Source of the DNA: Felis catus
Taxonomy: Eukaryota
DNA: 64,000 bases
Direction of reading: 5' to 3'
Assembly (NCBI RefSeq): GCF_018350175.1
Contig: NC_058368.1
Location: 224,628,001 to 224,692,000 of the forward strand
Position numbers and translations under genes: made by a program. Position 1 is the first letter of the stretch, and each line of letters opens with the position of its first letter. Below the pieces are notes generated by a model. It saw nothing but the letters and a program-made list of their open reading frames with translations. It searched no databases and was not told the origin of the DNA. Positions 27,147 through 40,446 of this stretch are shown here, one piece after another.

Positions 27147-29057
27147 ATCATCCTCCATTTCTAAGGGAGGTTAGCTTTCATTGTTAACAGTGTAATCAAA
27201 GCTTTAGAGGCAATTGTTTCTCTTTAATGTAAATATCCATGCAGAATTGCAAAAAGCATTGACAGAACAAACTTTAATTATTTCAGTAGACAAATGAAAA
27301 ACTCTTTTACCCACAATGCATAGGGAAATTAATACATAGGCATTTATTTCATCTTTTTAGATGGACTAAAGCCACAAGAGCATGTAAAGTTCTCCCCTAG
27401 TTAGTAAACAGTAGTTTCATGAACAGCGGGTTGTAATTCAATTTGCAGGGAAAGACTAAAGTAAACAGTTCATCATGAGAGGTGTCCGTGGAAAATATAC
27501 ATAACTTTGAATAACCATAGGTTTTGTGCTTATATATATAGAAACAGGTCTCTTCATGCATAAGTGAAACTTCTGTCTATAGTTGTTAATTTATTATACG
27601 CTTCTATATGTTTTGCGTTCTCACTGGTTTTCAACGTATCTTCTATAACTAGTCTTGTTTGTTTGTCTCTTTGTCTTTCTGCCTAAACTTTTTCGCTTCT
27701 TGAGAAACCTGATCTCTCCTTGTAGGGTGCTATTCTTTCAGCACTACTATCTTATCTTACTTACGGACTGAAAAGGAGTTGTTATCTTCATGCATGAGCT
27801 TGACCTTTCTGAGACAAGGACCATTCTGAGAGTCAGCCAGGAAACCCAGTCCATTCATCAGTATCCTTCCCTGCATTTTGACATAAAGAAATCTATTTTC
27901 TAGATGGCGAGCCTCCAGTTTCTGACAACCAGGTTTGACACTCTGGAGAAAGGAGATTTGACATCGCAGTGGTTGGTGTAGATAGGACCCGCATGTAAAG
28001 GCATACTCGGTCATAAACCTTCCTGAGACAGTTCTGAGGTATGAATACGTTGCACGTATTTGTGAGTGTATGTTTTGTCACATTAAATAAACTCTTTAAA
28101 ACTGAACGTGGAAAGATGTGACCTATTAATTTGATGTGCCCTTTCTGTGCTTCTATACCAGGACCGCTGTAAGGGAGGAAGCTGGTGAGTGACTTCTCAG
28201 ATTTCCTGGGCTGACCAGTTGTCCCAAGTTCAATGACCTCACCGACAAGTCAAGTCTTAGATCTCATTCACATCCTCTGGCCAGCACTTCCTCAGGGGAA
28301 AGAAGGCCCCGAGATGCTGTGCAAAGTTTCATTTCTGCATCTTGCCCTTGAAGCCGTTTACCTCTTCTAACATTTCTGTGAAACTGATCAATTGGCATAC
28401 AAGATAACAAATTTCTGCTAAGGAAAATAAAGGGAAGGTCAACGAAGCAGAGATGAGAGACAGAGTCCTGATCCAACTCATGTCACTGTTTACAGTGTCC
28501 ACAGTCCCTGAGCTATTTTGTCCCCATCTTTCCTACTGACTGCCCCAGCGGTTCCTTTCACGAAGACCACGGCATCTTCCCAGATAATTGCCTTCATGCT
28601 TTGTTTGCGTTGTGTATCTTTAAAAACCAAGAGCCTTGATTGATAGAGAAACTTTCAGTAGGACTGGGATCTTGCAAGCAACACACCCTAGAATGTGAGG
28701 TGGAGGACAGTGAAGTAGGCTCTAAGGTCTCCGACATTCCGGATTCGTGAAAGAGCTGGTCGGGCCATGTAAAAGCGACATGACTCCTCTATAACATATC
28801 GGTCCTTGGTACCCCAGGTGTGTATTCCTAGACGTCAGAACAAGACAAAACCCCTAGCCGGTTAGATGACTCCTCAAAATTGTACCGGCCATGTGCTGGC
28901 TCCTTCTTCAGTAAGGTGCTGGAAAAGTAAGACACACTTTGGTTCATGCTTGTCCATCCCAAGGTGGTCAGGAATAGCTTGACAGTCTCTTGTTCAACCT
29001 GACTGAAATCATAGTTAACTAAAAATTGGTTGAAGAGATTAATTAGAAAAAGATACT

Positions 29058-29292
29058 GGGGCCTGGGTGGCTCAGTTGGTTAAGCGTCTGACTTTGACTC
29101 AGGTAATGATCTCACCCTTCTCAAGTTCGAGCCCCACATCGAGCTCTCTGCTGTCAGCTCAGAGCCTGCTTTGGATCCTCTGTCCAGCCCCATCCCCCCA
29201 CCCTGACTCCCCCTGCCCCTCCCTCGCTTGCACTCTCTCTCTCAAAAATAAATACACATTAATATATATATATATACATATATACATATATG

Positions 29293-29328
<36 letters not shown>
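29058..29328 (+). mobile_element. Can-SINE followed by a (TA)n tract
   Basis: ggggcctgggtggctcagttggttaagcg..aaaaataaata, then (TA)n at about 29262-29328. Confidence 0.92.
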
Positions 29329-29331
<3 letters not shown>

Positions 29332-29877
29332 GTATATCTTCAGTATTTTCTTTTAAGCTAAGTACACTTTTTTAAAACAACTCAGTTGGTGTCATTTCCA
29401 CATCAATTCTTTTGCATCAACCAAATCCAATATGCATCATCTAAATTTCTCATTTCTTTAAAGTAGAATATAGATTTAAGTGTACCATTAATCTGAATTC
29501 AAGTTGCTTTTAGATGTTTATAATTTTTACTCTAATATTTTAGTTATTTTATATACACATAATCCAAGGGTGTTTTGTGTGTGTGTGACTACTCAATCTT
29601 TTGGAAACATTTTAGTTAGTTTTCACATAAAGAACAAAGCTCTTTCCTTTTTAGACTCATGTATCTAATTTGATGTGCATTTATAAATTAATTCATTACA
29701 GTAACAAATGAACTGACAACAACAGATTGGGAAAGCACAAACAATTAGGTTTTTAATTACATATGTCAACTGGTGGGAGCAGGGGGGCTCAGGCATTCTA
29801 GAATGTGGCCTCTCTGGGCGAACTCACAAGCTGTGGGCATAGGTCATAATGTTTTACAGGGAAGATAGAGTAGGGGG

Positions 29878-30250
29878 TGTATGTATTTGCGTAGGTTGCC
29901 ATAACAAATAATTGCATCTGAGTGGCTTAAACTATAGAAATATATTGTCTCTAGGACACCTGGGTGGCTCAATCAGTTAAGCATCCAACTCTTGACTTCA
30001 GCTCAGATCATGACCTCAGTGTTCATGAGTTCAAACCCTGCATCAGACTCTGTGCTGACAGTGTGGATCCTGCTTGAGATTCTCTTTTTTCTCTCTCTGC
30101 CTCTCTCTCTTTCTCTCTCAAAAGTTAATAAACATTTAAAAGAAGAAAAGACATGTGTTGTCTCACAGTTCTGGGGGCCAGAAGTTCCTGATCAATATGC
30201 TCTTTGGCTGAGAGTAGGTCATCTTCTCACTGTGTCTTCATAGTGCCATC

Positions 30251-30283
<33 letters not shown>

Positions 30284-30480
30284 ACGCGTGTGTGTGTGTG
30301 TGTCCCCTAATCTCCTCTTCTAATATGGAAGCCAGTCAGCTTGGATTAGGTTTCACCCTCATAAAGAGATAACTTAATTATCTCTTTAAAGACCATCTAC
30401 AAATATAGTCAACAAACTAAGATCCTGCGAGTTGGGGTTTCAACATATGAATCTGGGGGGACAAAATTCAACTCACTGAA
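29878..30480 (-). mobile_element. MLT1A-like MaLR LTR, split by a SINE and containing (TG)n
   Basis: ttgccataacaaa..gtggcttaaac..tctcacagttctgg..aatctcctcttc..ttcaacatatgaatctgggggg. Confidence 0.8.
29954..30145 (+). mobile_element. Can-SINE inside MLT1
   Basis: ggacacctgggtggctcaatcagttaag. Confidence 0.92.
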
Positions 30481-30723
30481 TTCATAGAGTATCTCTGTTA
30501 AAACATACGTAGTTTTACAGTGTTTAAAACAAGCTAGGGCTCCACTGCAGAAACTAATTGTACCACTAAGCATTTCAAAGTAAAGGCCTCAGGCTCTAGA
30601 TATCCTAGCAAATATAAAGACAGGTACAACTCAAGTTCCTTAACAAAGCTCACTTAAACAACTGCTTATCCTTGATATATTGGCTTCTTGTGCCAAAAGC
30701 AAGTTAAGTTCAACTTAAAAAAA

Positions 30724-30931
30724 ATTTTTTAATGTGTATTTATTTTTGAAGGAGAGGGAGACAGAGTGTGAGTGGGGGAGGGGCAAAGATAGGGAGACAC
30801 AGAATCCGAAGCAGGCTTCAGGCTCTGAACTGTCAGCACGGAGCCCAACGCGGGGCTCGAACTCACAAACCGTGAGATCATGACCTGAGCCAAAGTAGGA
30901 CGCTCAACTGACTGAGCCACCCAGGTGCCCC
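30724..30931 (-). mobile_element. Felid Can-SINE
   Basis: TSD aagttcaactt/aagttcagctt. Confidence 0.95.
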
Positions 30932-31773
30932 AAGTTCAGCTTTTATATTTTGCTTTCAATTAAACCTGTTGTCCTACCTGGAGATAGATAAGCCTACCCT
31001 CTTTAGCCATGCTGTTTAGAAAACTACATCTCTTTAACTTATCTATCACAGTAAAGCTAATCTTTAAACAAAGCATAAATGGAGCTCATGTATTTGTTTT
31101 CATTTAGTGCCACCTCTCTCTCCATTAAAACATGGTACTACCCAATTTCTTACCTTGACACAAACTAAACGTAAATTCAAACTATACATACATTAGTTGC
31201 TTTTTGTAACAAAGCAGGTGATGCGCATTTATTATGTTTGAAATTTACAGCAATGGCAACACGAACAAAAATACACCATCTAGTCTTATTGGATGATGGA
31301 TTCCAAAATCTGGGAAAATTTCCATATGCATTTCAAGGAAATTAGTTTCTCAATATTGCCAGTAAGGATTCTTTCCCCCTGAATGAATGCCATTAACTAC
31401 TGTCAATTTAATACTCAGTTTACAATAATAAACTACTCAATAGAAAGTAACCATTCACATCAGAAATTTTAGTAACTTGAAAGCTAATACATTGCTCTTT
31501 CAAGTGAGTTTCTGATCACATTCTATTTTTAGCTAAGGATCAATAGTAATAGAAAATTTCAAACACACTTTCACCAAACAGTGTATGGAATAGAGAAAAA
31601 ACTCCAGAGATCTCATAAGACAGCACATTATTTTAAAGATAAGAAAGCAGATGAGTTAATTGATCTGTTCAACTTTAACAGTGTAATACATGAAGGTGTT
31701 TCAACCTTCCTAATCCAAATATGTACTAATTTAATAGTTCTTGTCTACCACATTTAAAAAATGTATTTTTAGA

Positions 31774-31776
<3 letters not shown>

Positions 31777-31814
<38 letters not shown>

Positions 31815-31862
31815 TTTCAGAATGTGTATATATGTATGTATGTGTGTGTGTATATATGTGTG

Positions 31863-31896
<34 letters not shown>
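31777..31896. repeat. Compound (TA)n/(CA)n/(TG)n microsatellite
   Basis: Direct read. Confidence 0.95.
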
Positions 31897-31900
<4 letters not shown>

Positions 31901-32977
31901 TTACATTTGTATCTGAAAGCACAACTTAAAACATAAAATGAGTGTCTTTGGAAATTGCCAGGGAGACACCACAGTTGACCATCAGACGGGAGAACTTGAG
32001 TGATAAAAAGGAAAAACCCGGACGGATTGAAGTATGACCATGAGACTAGTCCAATCACACTGCCCCACTACATGCTTGAAGAAGCTGCTGGAAGTGATTC
32101 TGGGAACACAAGATGCTCTTGTGATGGGAATGAATTATCAACCACATTTGGCTTCTTGGTTCCACTCAGATTAGATTAAGCATCTCAGATGGGATGATCC
32201 AATTGGCGAAGCTGGGGTAAGCCACTATGCTCTAATGCTATACCACCCTTGTTCATGGCAAGCAGACGTCTAGCATTTTTAGATACCCTAATGGGGAATA
32301 AGGACTGATTCCGTGAAAACTCAAACTTGGCATGGTCCCTAAACATGGAAAGTGAGTACATGCTCTGGTTGAATTTACCTCAAAGATGCATCTTTGAGGA
32401 TAGCCTTTTGATTATCCCATACACATATACCTAATTCCCATCTTTCTGCTTCTCAAAGAAAGGACTGCTTATCACAATCCAACTATCCCTGATATAACAA
32501 AACCAAACCATTTTTTGAAGGAGACAACCTAGATATTCTCAGTAACTGCATTCACTACTAAAATCTTGATTTATTGATCTTATTCTTTCATCAGGTCCCG
32601 TCTCTGTGGTCTGTCATCTCTGAGCTGCATCAGAAAGTTAACTATATGCGTCTAGAACGTGCAACTGCAGCTGGTCTGAGGGCGGGAGATGGTATCTATG
32701 CCGTTGCTTCTACATGATCCTCTCCACAAACCTCTTGCCTCTTGGAGGCTCCCTGGCTTTTGCTACATCCTGTGGTTTGTTACTTTGCTTCCATGTGTGA
32801 AGATTCTAACCATTTGTAGGTCCTCCAGCATATGATTGCACAAATTCCATTTTGCGGTCACAACTCTTTTTCCCTTTGGTAGGCAGAGCCATTCACCTAA
32901 ATCTTCATCTAACGCATTTATTTTCTTTCTTGAGGTGAATAAGAAGCTTAAACTTGCCAGGTTGAAGTGTTAACTTT

Positions 32978-33402
32978 CTTTTTATTATTATTATTATTAA
33001 ACTTTATTTATTTATTCTGAGAGAGAGAGGGAATCGCAAGTAGGCATCACACTATCGATGCAAGCTCCAAGTGAGGAGTGATCTCAAAAACCACGTGATC
33101 ATTGGGGCGCCTGGGTGGCGCAGTCGGTTAAGCGTCCGACTTCAGCCAGGTCACGATCTCGCGGTCCGTGAGTTCGAGCCCCGCGTCAGGCTCTGGGCTG
33201 ATGGCTCGGAGCCTGGAGCCTGTTTCCGATTCTGTGTCTCCCTCTCTCTCTGCCCCTCCCCCGTTCATGCTCTGTCTCTCTCTGTCCCAAAAATAAATAA
33301 AAAACGTTGAAAGAAAAATTAAAAAAAAAAAAAACACGTGATCATGACCTGAGACAAAACCAGGAGTTGGACACTTAACCGACTTAACCACCAAGGCGCC
33401 CC
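32978..33402 (-). mobile_element. Older Can-SINE interrupted by a younger SINE
   Basis: Tail and CT part at 32978-33102, head at 33346-33402; TSD tgaagtgttaact/tgaaatgttaacc. Confidence 0.9.
33104..33334 (+). mobile_element. Young felid SINEC_Fc nested in an older SINE
   Basis: Consensus-like, CpG-rich; TSD core cacgtgatcat at 33092-33102 and 33335-33345. Confidence 0.97.
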
Positions 33403-35792
33403 TGAAATGTTAACCTTTTAATTTAATCAAACCACTGTTGTTCACCAGGTAGAAACGTTTTTTTAAAAAATTTCTTTTGGGGGTAAAAATTTCTAATTAA
33501 GAAGATCCCAGGGAATTGAGAAAAGGCATGCTTTTCAAGAAGAATAGATGTAACAATGAGAAATATTGTTCTATGATTCCAAGTATACATGTCACCCTAT
33601 TATGATGACACCCAAATTTCATAATGTTTTTTTACCCATCTAGCTCTGCAAATATTGGTGAGCCATCTCACTGTTTTGTGTAAAGGGAATTACTTTTATT
33701 TAACGAGATACATTACAGGGCCAATGAGTAGTACCATAAGTATCGGACCCTTCCTTATTATTTTGTTTGAGGGTGGGTTTCTTGGCCAGTAGAAAGATTA
33801 TGTGATAAGTTCTAAGGAATTTTTGTTTTTACTGAGGGTATATATATATATATATATGAACATGAATATAAACATAAACATATCTGTATGTTCTTGATTG
33901 AGGTTGGTGAGAGGAAGAAAGATGCTGTGAAGAATGGAGACAGCTTCAAATATTCATATCTAGCATAGAAATAGTCAAATAGAGGAAAATGTGTGGATTT
34001 TGGAGATAATACTAATGGAGATACTGCTGATGGTTTGTCAAATATATTCATATATAAATAAGAATAATGAAAATGCCAAAGCTGTCTCACTTGGATGATT
34101 GATGCAGCCATAGTTCCCTCAGTCCATCAATCTATTACCAACAATTGATTGGTCAATTTGGTCCAACTTGGTCTGATCTTAAATTTAAACAAGAATCTAT
34201 CAAGGGTCGTGTATGTTTGCAAACAATACAATATCTAGCAGTTTTAAATGAAAGCAAAATAAAAATTAATATAAAAATGAAGAAAATCTGCATTGTAGCT
34301 TAAGACAATAAATGTGTTTATTTAAAACACAAGGTTTATCTTTATCTCAAGACTATAGAAATATTATTATGAGAAGTGAGGCTAGCTTTCATCCTATCAC
34401 GAATTACAGTGGTTTCCTTAGTCTTCTAATGGTTACATTTAGAAATATACAAAGAAATTGGCAATGAGACTTTCAGAAGAATATGGGATAACATTACTTC
34501 CATTCAGCAGAAGGGATTTTAGTGTTTCAAATTATGGTTATTTCCTAAAACCTTTTTCTTTTAGTCAACTACTTTTAGAAGATAAGAATATTTAATAATT
34601 AATTCCCAGCTGTTTCTTGTTATGCTTCTAGTAATATATATCTGTACTTTACCAAGTTGGGGATAGTGTTACAAAATAAATGTAACCCACATTTTCTATT
34701 TGTCCAAGCCTTCTCTTTAGAAACATAAAACATTTTGAAATTGGAAGTTTTGTAAATTACATTAAAATAAATAATTACTGTTTGGAAAGTTCCACGTCCT
34801 TGACTCTGTGCCAGTTTTTTTTTTTTTTCTGGAAGACACATATAAATATGACACGGTTTCTATTTAAATCTTAAGGAAAATACAAACTTTAGGGTGATGG
34901 GAAAGGATATGGATAAATAAGTACGAAGCAGAATTCAAAGTGCATCATAAGGATCCATGTATATACTACAAAAATAGTAATATTTGAATTACTTTTTAAA
35001 GAATGAAGAAGATCTTGATAGGTACACATGTGAAGAGGAAAGCATTTCGGATAGAAGAAAAAATCCCCATATTTAAATGGGCAAAAATTCAGAGGATAGA
35101 AAATTTGAGTCACTATTAGTGAAATACATTTACTACATTTGTATACATGACATGAATGTCATTCAAGGGTAGCCGGCTCTAAGGCTGAGGAAGTGTGTCA
35201 TGCCAGGACGTGTAGGATTTTGAAAAATGAAGACTATGGAATATAGAACTCACGAATGAGGCAATGGAAGTGCTTCAGAGATTTGCTTCAGGAAGATTGA
35301 TCTCGCAATACCCCCCTCCATAGAAGAAATTTAGCGGAAATGATGGTAAGAAGTAAAAGCTGCACTTGGAGATCATTCCAGTGAGCCCCGCCATAGGTGG
35401 GGAAGCCTACGATTTTATTAAATGCGGAGATGGAGAGAAGAAATGGACATTTGGTGCCATGTCTCAGGGAGTCTAATAAGTAGGCTGTATTATCGATTTC
35501 ACTCCAACAGTCCTGAATGACTGTTGTAATATTCAAAGACATGAATACACTGATCATGTTGTTGCCCAAAGGACTCTGATGATGATTTGAGTGAGACTTA
35601 CCTATTTATCCTAAAATTGATATTGGGTCTATGGGAATCAAAGTCACTCTTTGATATGATATAGTGTAAAACAATGTAAGTTATATTTTCAACTGTTGAC
35701 TCTGTTAGTTTCTTGGTTTTAATCACATCTGTGTTTTTCTCTCTATGCTTATTTTCTAAATATATGCTACCTATTTTCGGCAAACACAACAA

Positions 35793-35818
35793 ACACACAC
35801 ACACACACACACACACAC
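35793..35818. repeat. (CA)n microsatellite
   Basis: Direct read. Confidence 0.9.
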
Positions 35819-36689
35819 AATTTACAAGAGTACGAGATAGCAAAGCACAATATGTATAACTAAAAAAGGTATTTTAGTATTACCAAATTCCCACCTGGCA
35901 ACATTCCCTACCAGTTTTGATTGGAGCAGAAGCACACGTTTCGTGTTGCTTTTGTTGTCATTCTATTTGCTTGTCCTTAGGGAAAAAGTAAAATGATTCC
36001 TAGTGCTAAACTCTAGTTAACTAGGTGTTCGATCTAATATTAGAAAGTGTGTCGTTTTCTGTCCAGATTTTTCATAAAGGTGTATTTCGTTTCAGACCTA
36101 AAGAAGAGAAGATAGGAAGGGATATTCCTCTATTTGGTGCAACTAGGAGAAAATTTACGGCTCTGTTGACGCTGACAAGGCATTATCCACACCACTGGTT
36201 TACAAGCCCACATGGTCGTCTAACTGGTGGGCTTCTCAGCCTCTCGTGATGCCATTGCCCCCAGCCCTGCAGCCCAGAGCAACTCTTGTTTTTCTGTAAA
36301 GAGCATAGGGGTGGGGGCTGTAATTGGGACATGGCTGCAACATGTGAAATCTACAAGGATCACTACATGTTACCCGAACCTCTGTGTCTCTCTGCCTCTC
36401 TTTCAGATCAACTATTTCCTCCAATCTAAGTCTCGTAGACATTATTTAGCAAAACCACTCCAAGCTTTTAACATGGAGAGGTTTAAATCAGATTTTTAAA
36501 AATGTGTGTTTTGTTGTCTTTTCAAGAAGAATTAGAGAACGTTTGGTGCCAAAGAGGATTAATGCCCTCCAGTTTGCCTGACTGTTAGGATATTTGAGAC
36601 GAAGGGGGAAGTACTTGCAACACACAGAGAATGGTGTCGATTTCCAGAACATTGCCTTTTCCTGAGCTTAAATGTATTAATTATTTAAA

Positions 36690-37527
36690 GTAATACCAGC
36701 TCCTAAAACAAACAGAACTATACATTTCAGTAGTTTAAGAATACATTTTATTCCTAATGTTCCCAAAATCTAAAATACTTATTTCTCTTACATCCTGTGA
36801 ACCCGCTGTCTTCAACATGTAGTTTCCAAGATGCATTTGTTTACTAAGGCCACCATAACAAATGACTGGGTGGCTTTAAGATAGAATAAATTTATATTCT
36901 CACAATTCTAGAGGCTAGGAGTCTGCACTCTGGTGTTGGCAAGACCCTGCTCTTTCTCTCTGAAGGCCGTAGGAGAGGTTCCTTCTTTGCCTCTTCCTGG
37001 CTTCTGGTGATTGCTGGCCATTCTAGGTGTTCCTTCCTGTAAACACATCTCTCCAGTCTCTCCCTCGGCCATCTCACAGCGTTGTTCCTGTGTGTCTCTG
37101 AGTCTAAATTTTCTTCCTCTTTCCAGGATCCCGGCCCTCATATGAAGATACCGGTCATCTTCGATCAATCGGCCATTCTAATCTACTGGGACCTCATCTT
37201 AATTTGGTTCCATCTACAAAGACCTTATTCCAAATCGGGTCATGTCCTCAGGCTCCAGACGGACATGAAATCTGAGGTAAATTGTTGAAACATGTAGACA
37301 AGTCATGAGGCGTGGGTACTTTAACCCGTAAGAGGGTAAAATAGCATAGAGGATCTGAGTTCAGAGATGGTTCAATGGACTAGGCCTATAGCTAATGTGA
37401 ATCCAGATCATTCCAGAACATAACTGCGTAGATTCACCCAAATCTACAGAGACTGGTGTCAATGGGGCAGACATGTGACCAGGCAGCAAAGAAAAAGGTT
37501 TCTGAGCAGCTGGTCAGTGTGATCACA
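36690..37527 (-). mobile_element. Old MLT1J-like LTR (outer halves) hosting a younger MLT1
   Basis: tcttcaacatgtagtttccaag on the left; tgtgaccaggcagcaaagaaaaaggtttctgagcagctggtcagtgtgatcaca on the right. Confidence 0.5.
36831..37299 (-). mobile_element. MLT1B/C-like MaLR LTR
   Basis: ccataacaaa..ctcacaattctagaggctaggagtc..ttgcctcttcctggcttctggtg..gacctcatcttaattt..aaagaccttattccaaat. Confidence 0.85.
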
Positions 37528-37789
37528 CTCAGTTCCTCTTTTTTTTTTTTTCCTTCAAATTTAAGATAAGCTAAAATGAGACACATCTGGGAAAAGAAGA
37601 GTATGAGGCTAAGAATAAGAGCAATATTTTTTTGTTGTCTTTTTTTGAATCTGTTTCCAATTCATGGAAAACAAAGTTACTATTATTAGAACCCTCCTGG
37701 TCACGAGATTGGAAATACAGTACAATTTTGCTCAGAATAAAAGATATAAATATCTACTTGGTTCTTTTATCAAGTTCTTTTGGTAAAGG

Positions 37790-38392
37790 GTGTTGAGTTA
37801 CAGTTTATTTTTTTTTTAATTTTTTTTTAACGTTTATTTTATTTTTGAGACAGAGACAGAGCATGAACGGGGGAGGGGCAGAGAGAGAGGGAGACACAGA
37901 ACCGGAAGCAGGCTCCAGGCTCTGAGCCATCAGCCCAGGCCGACGCGGGGCTCGAACTCACGGACTGCGAGATCGTGACCTGAGCTGAAGTCGGACGCTT
38001 AACCGACTGCGCCACCCAGGCGCCCCGAGTTACAGTTTAAATAGGGTAAGTTTCACCCCTGTAAATGTGCAGTTGGACAAGTTGTAACAAATATATGCAG
38101 CCATTTAACCACCACCAGGATACAGAACATTTCCATCATCGCAGAAGGGTTCTCCGTGTTTCTTTAAAGCCATTCCCCTGGTCCCAGCCCCAGCTCCTAG
38201 AAAACAATATTCTTATTTCTACCTCTGTAGTTTTATCTTTTCCATATTGTCATGTAAATGAGATTGTGGAGAGTATACACCTTAAGACTTCTTTTACTTA
38301 GTCCTTTGAGATTTATGCATGCCGCTGTGTAGACCTATAATTCATTCCTTTTTATGGCCGAGTATTCCAGCATGTGGAGGTACCACAATTTG
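37790..38392 (-). mobile_element. L1MB/L1ME 3' end split by a SINE
   Basis: aaccaccaccaggatacagaacatttccatca..tgtcatgtaaatg..ttgagatttatgcatg..ttcattcctttttatggccgagtattcc. Confidence 0.8.
37808..38026 (-). mobile_element. Young felid SINEC_Fc
   Basis: Perfect 13-bp TSD gagttacagttta at 37795-37807 and 38027-38039. Confidence 0.97.
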
Positions 38393-38434
38393 GCAATTAA
38401 TAAAATATTAGTGTTTGTTCTTCCTTCTGCACTT

Positions 38435-38648
38435 TATTTTTTTAACGTTTTATTTATTTTTGAGAGAGAGAGAGAGAGAGAGAGTGCATGCAGGTTGGGG
38501 GCGGGGCACAAAAAAGAGGGGGACAAAGGATCCTAAGTGGGTCTGGGCCGACAGCAGTGAGCTTGGTACTTGGCTCAAACTCACAAACCCTGAGGTCATG
38601 ATCTGAGCGGAAATAAGATGATCAACCCACTGAGCCACCCAGGTGTCC
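38435..38648 (-). mobile_element. Can-SINE
   Basis: TSD ttccttctgcactt on both sides. Confidence 0.93.
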
Positions 38649-38774
38649 TTCCTTCTGCACTTGAAATGCAAAACTTCCAAAAATACCAATTTGGATAAGG
38701 GAAAGCAAAAGACAATATGTGCTCCCAGAGGAAATACCAAATGGTGTTTGTAAGCAAATGCCTGCTTTAAATCC

Positions 38775-38955
38775 CTGATTTCGGCTCAGGTCATGGCCTC
38801 ATAGTTCTCCAGTTTGAGCCCCGCGTGGGGCTGTGTGCTGACAGCTCAGAGCCTGGAGCCTGTTTCTGATCCTGTGTCTCCCTCTATCTTGCCCCTCCCC
38901 TACTCACGCACTGTCTTTCTCTCTCTCTCAAAAATAAATAAACATTTAAAAAAAT
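38775..38955 (+). mobile_element. 5'-truncated Can-SINE
   Basis: Begins at about tttcggctcaggtcatg and lacks the head/A box. Confidence 0.9.
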
Positions 38956-40008
38956 GTTTTTCCTTAATAAATCCGGAAGTGTCTTTCACTTGTGCACTGG
39001 AAACAATATATTTATTACTTTATCGTCTATAACATGTTGCCTGTCATTAAATTGATACTTCTTATGAATCAAGATCACAGTATGCAATAAACCAGAACAG
39101 TTCAAACTGGTAGTAGGTAACATTTTAATCAGTAAATTTTAATCCTCAGTTATCCCAGTCTGTAACTGACAAAACCAAGTGAATTTCTGGGCTGTGTGAA
39201 CAGCCTCAGGGCTATGGAGGCTGAAGGGTCTTGGCACAGGACCAGCTACTTAAGGAGCCTTTGTAAAGTTCAAGCATCAGACTCACAAAAGAGCCGCTGG
39301 CATGAGTCCGTACAGCACCAGGCAGAGTGGATTTTACTTCCTCTTCATAAAAGTAGAAAAGATGTGAACTAATTTGCCATCTCGCACAGATACCTTTATT
39401 TTGTGATGTTAAATGAACGATGCAGAAATCAAGCAGATAAAGCAAGAGGTTATGATTTTCTGCTGCCTGTTTAGGATTATTTTAATCTTGTGGCTAACAG
39501 AGTAATTTATATCTATATGTGATCTCTTGACACTCTGATGTACTCGTATGAAAAATCAGTAGAAATATCACAGACGGCCGGCAGATGCATTCATTTTGTT
39601 TTAAAATAGGTTTCAGGTTGACTCCTGTGTTTCAGTATCAGCTTAAGGCAATTAAGTTATCATAAAGAGAAACAGACATGTAAAATCAATGATTTGACAT
39701 TAATAGGTACTGGCTGCGTCCAAGTCAATTTCATTATGATGGGATAAAATAAACAACTACAGAATATTACAAATTTCATTTCTGGTATGCAAGCTAAGGA
39801 CACAAAGCACCAAAAAGTTCCTAGACATAACCTACCACACAAGAGGAACATTTACACACTGGGTCAATGCAATGAGCTTTATGAGGGATACACTAATGAG
39901 CACTACGTATCATACACAAGTAAATTGCATGCAGAACTATTCTACGTGTCATATGTATGCCTTCGTAAGGTTTTCCTCACTTTCTTTCCTATTTTTAATT
40001 TTTCCCCC

Positions 40009-40230
40009 TTTTTTTTAAATTTTTTTAAATGTTTATTTATTTTTGAGACAGAGAGAGACAGAGCATGAATGGGGGAGGGTCAGAACGAGAGGGAGACACA
40101 GAATCTGAAGCAGGCTCCAGGCTTTGAGCTGTCAGCACAGAGCCCGACGCCGGGCTCAAACTCAGGGACCGCGAGATCGTGACCTGAGCCGAAGTCGGAC
40201 GCTTAACCGACTGAGCCACCCAGGCGCCCC
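40009..40230 (-). mobile_element. Felid Can-SINE
   Basis: Full length; flanks tttttccccct on both sides. Confidence 0.96.
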
Positions 40231-40296
40231 TACTTTTTCCCCCTTTCAATAACACTCATAGGCATTGCTCATATCATTTCACTAATTAAAGTTCAA

Positions 40297-40446
40297 CCTA
40301 AGGGTAGATGGGGGGCGGGGAAGGGCGGGAAGGGAAAGGGGGTGCCGGGCAGGGAAGAGGGCAACTTGTTGGGATGAGCACTGGGTGTTGTATGGAAACC
40401 AATTTGACAATAAATTATATTTTAAAAATAATAATAATAAAAAATA
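40297..40446 (+). mobile_element. Felid L1 (L1_Fc-like) extreme 3' end
   Basis: G-rich tract, then ttgggatgagcactgggtgttgtatggaaaccaatttgacaataaat and a (TAA)n tail; flanks taaagttca/taacgttca. Confidence 0.85.
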
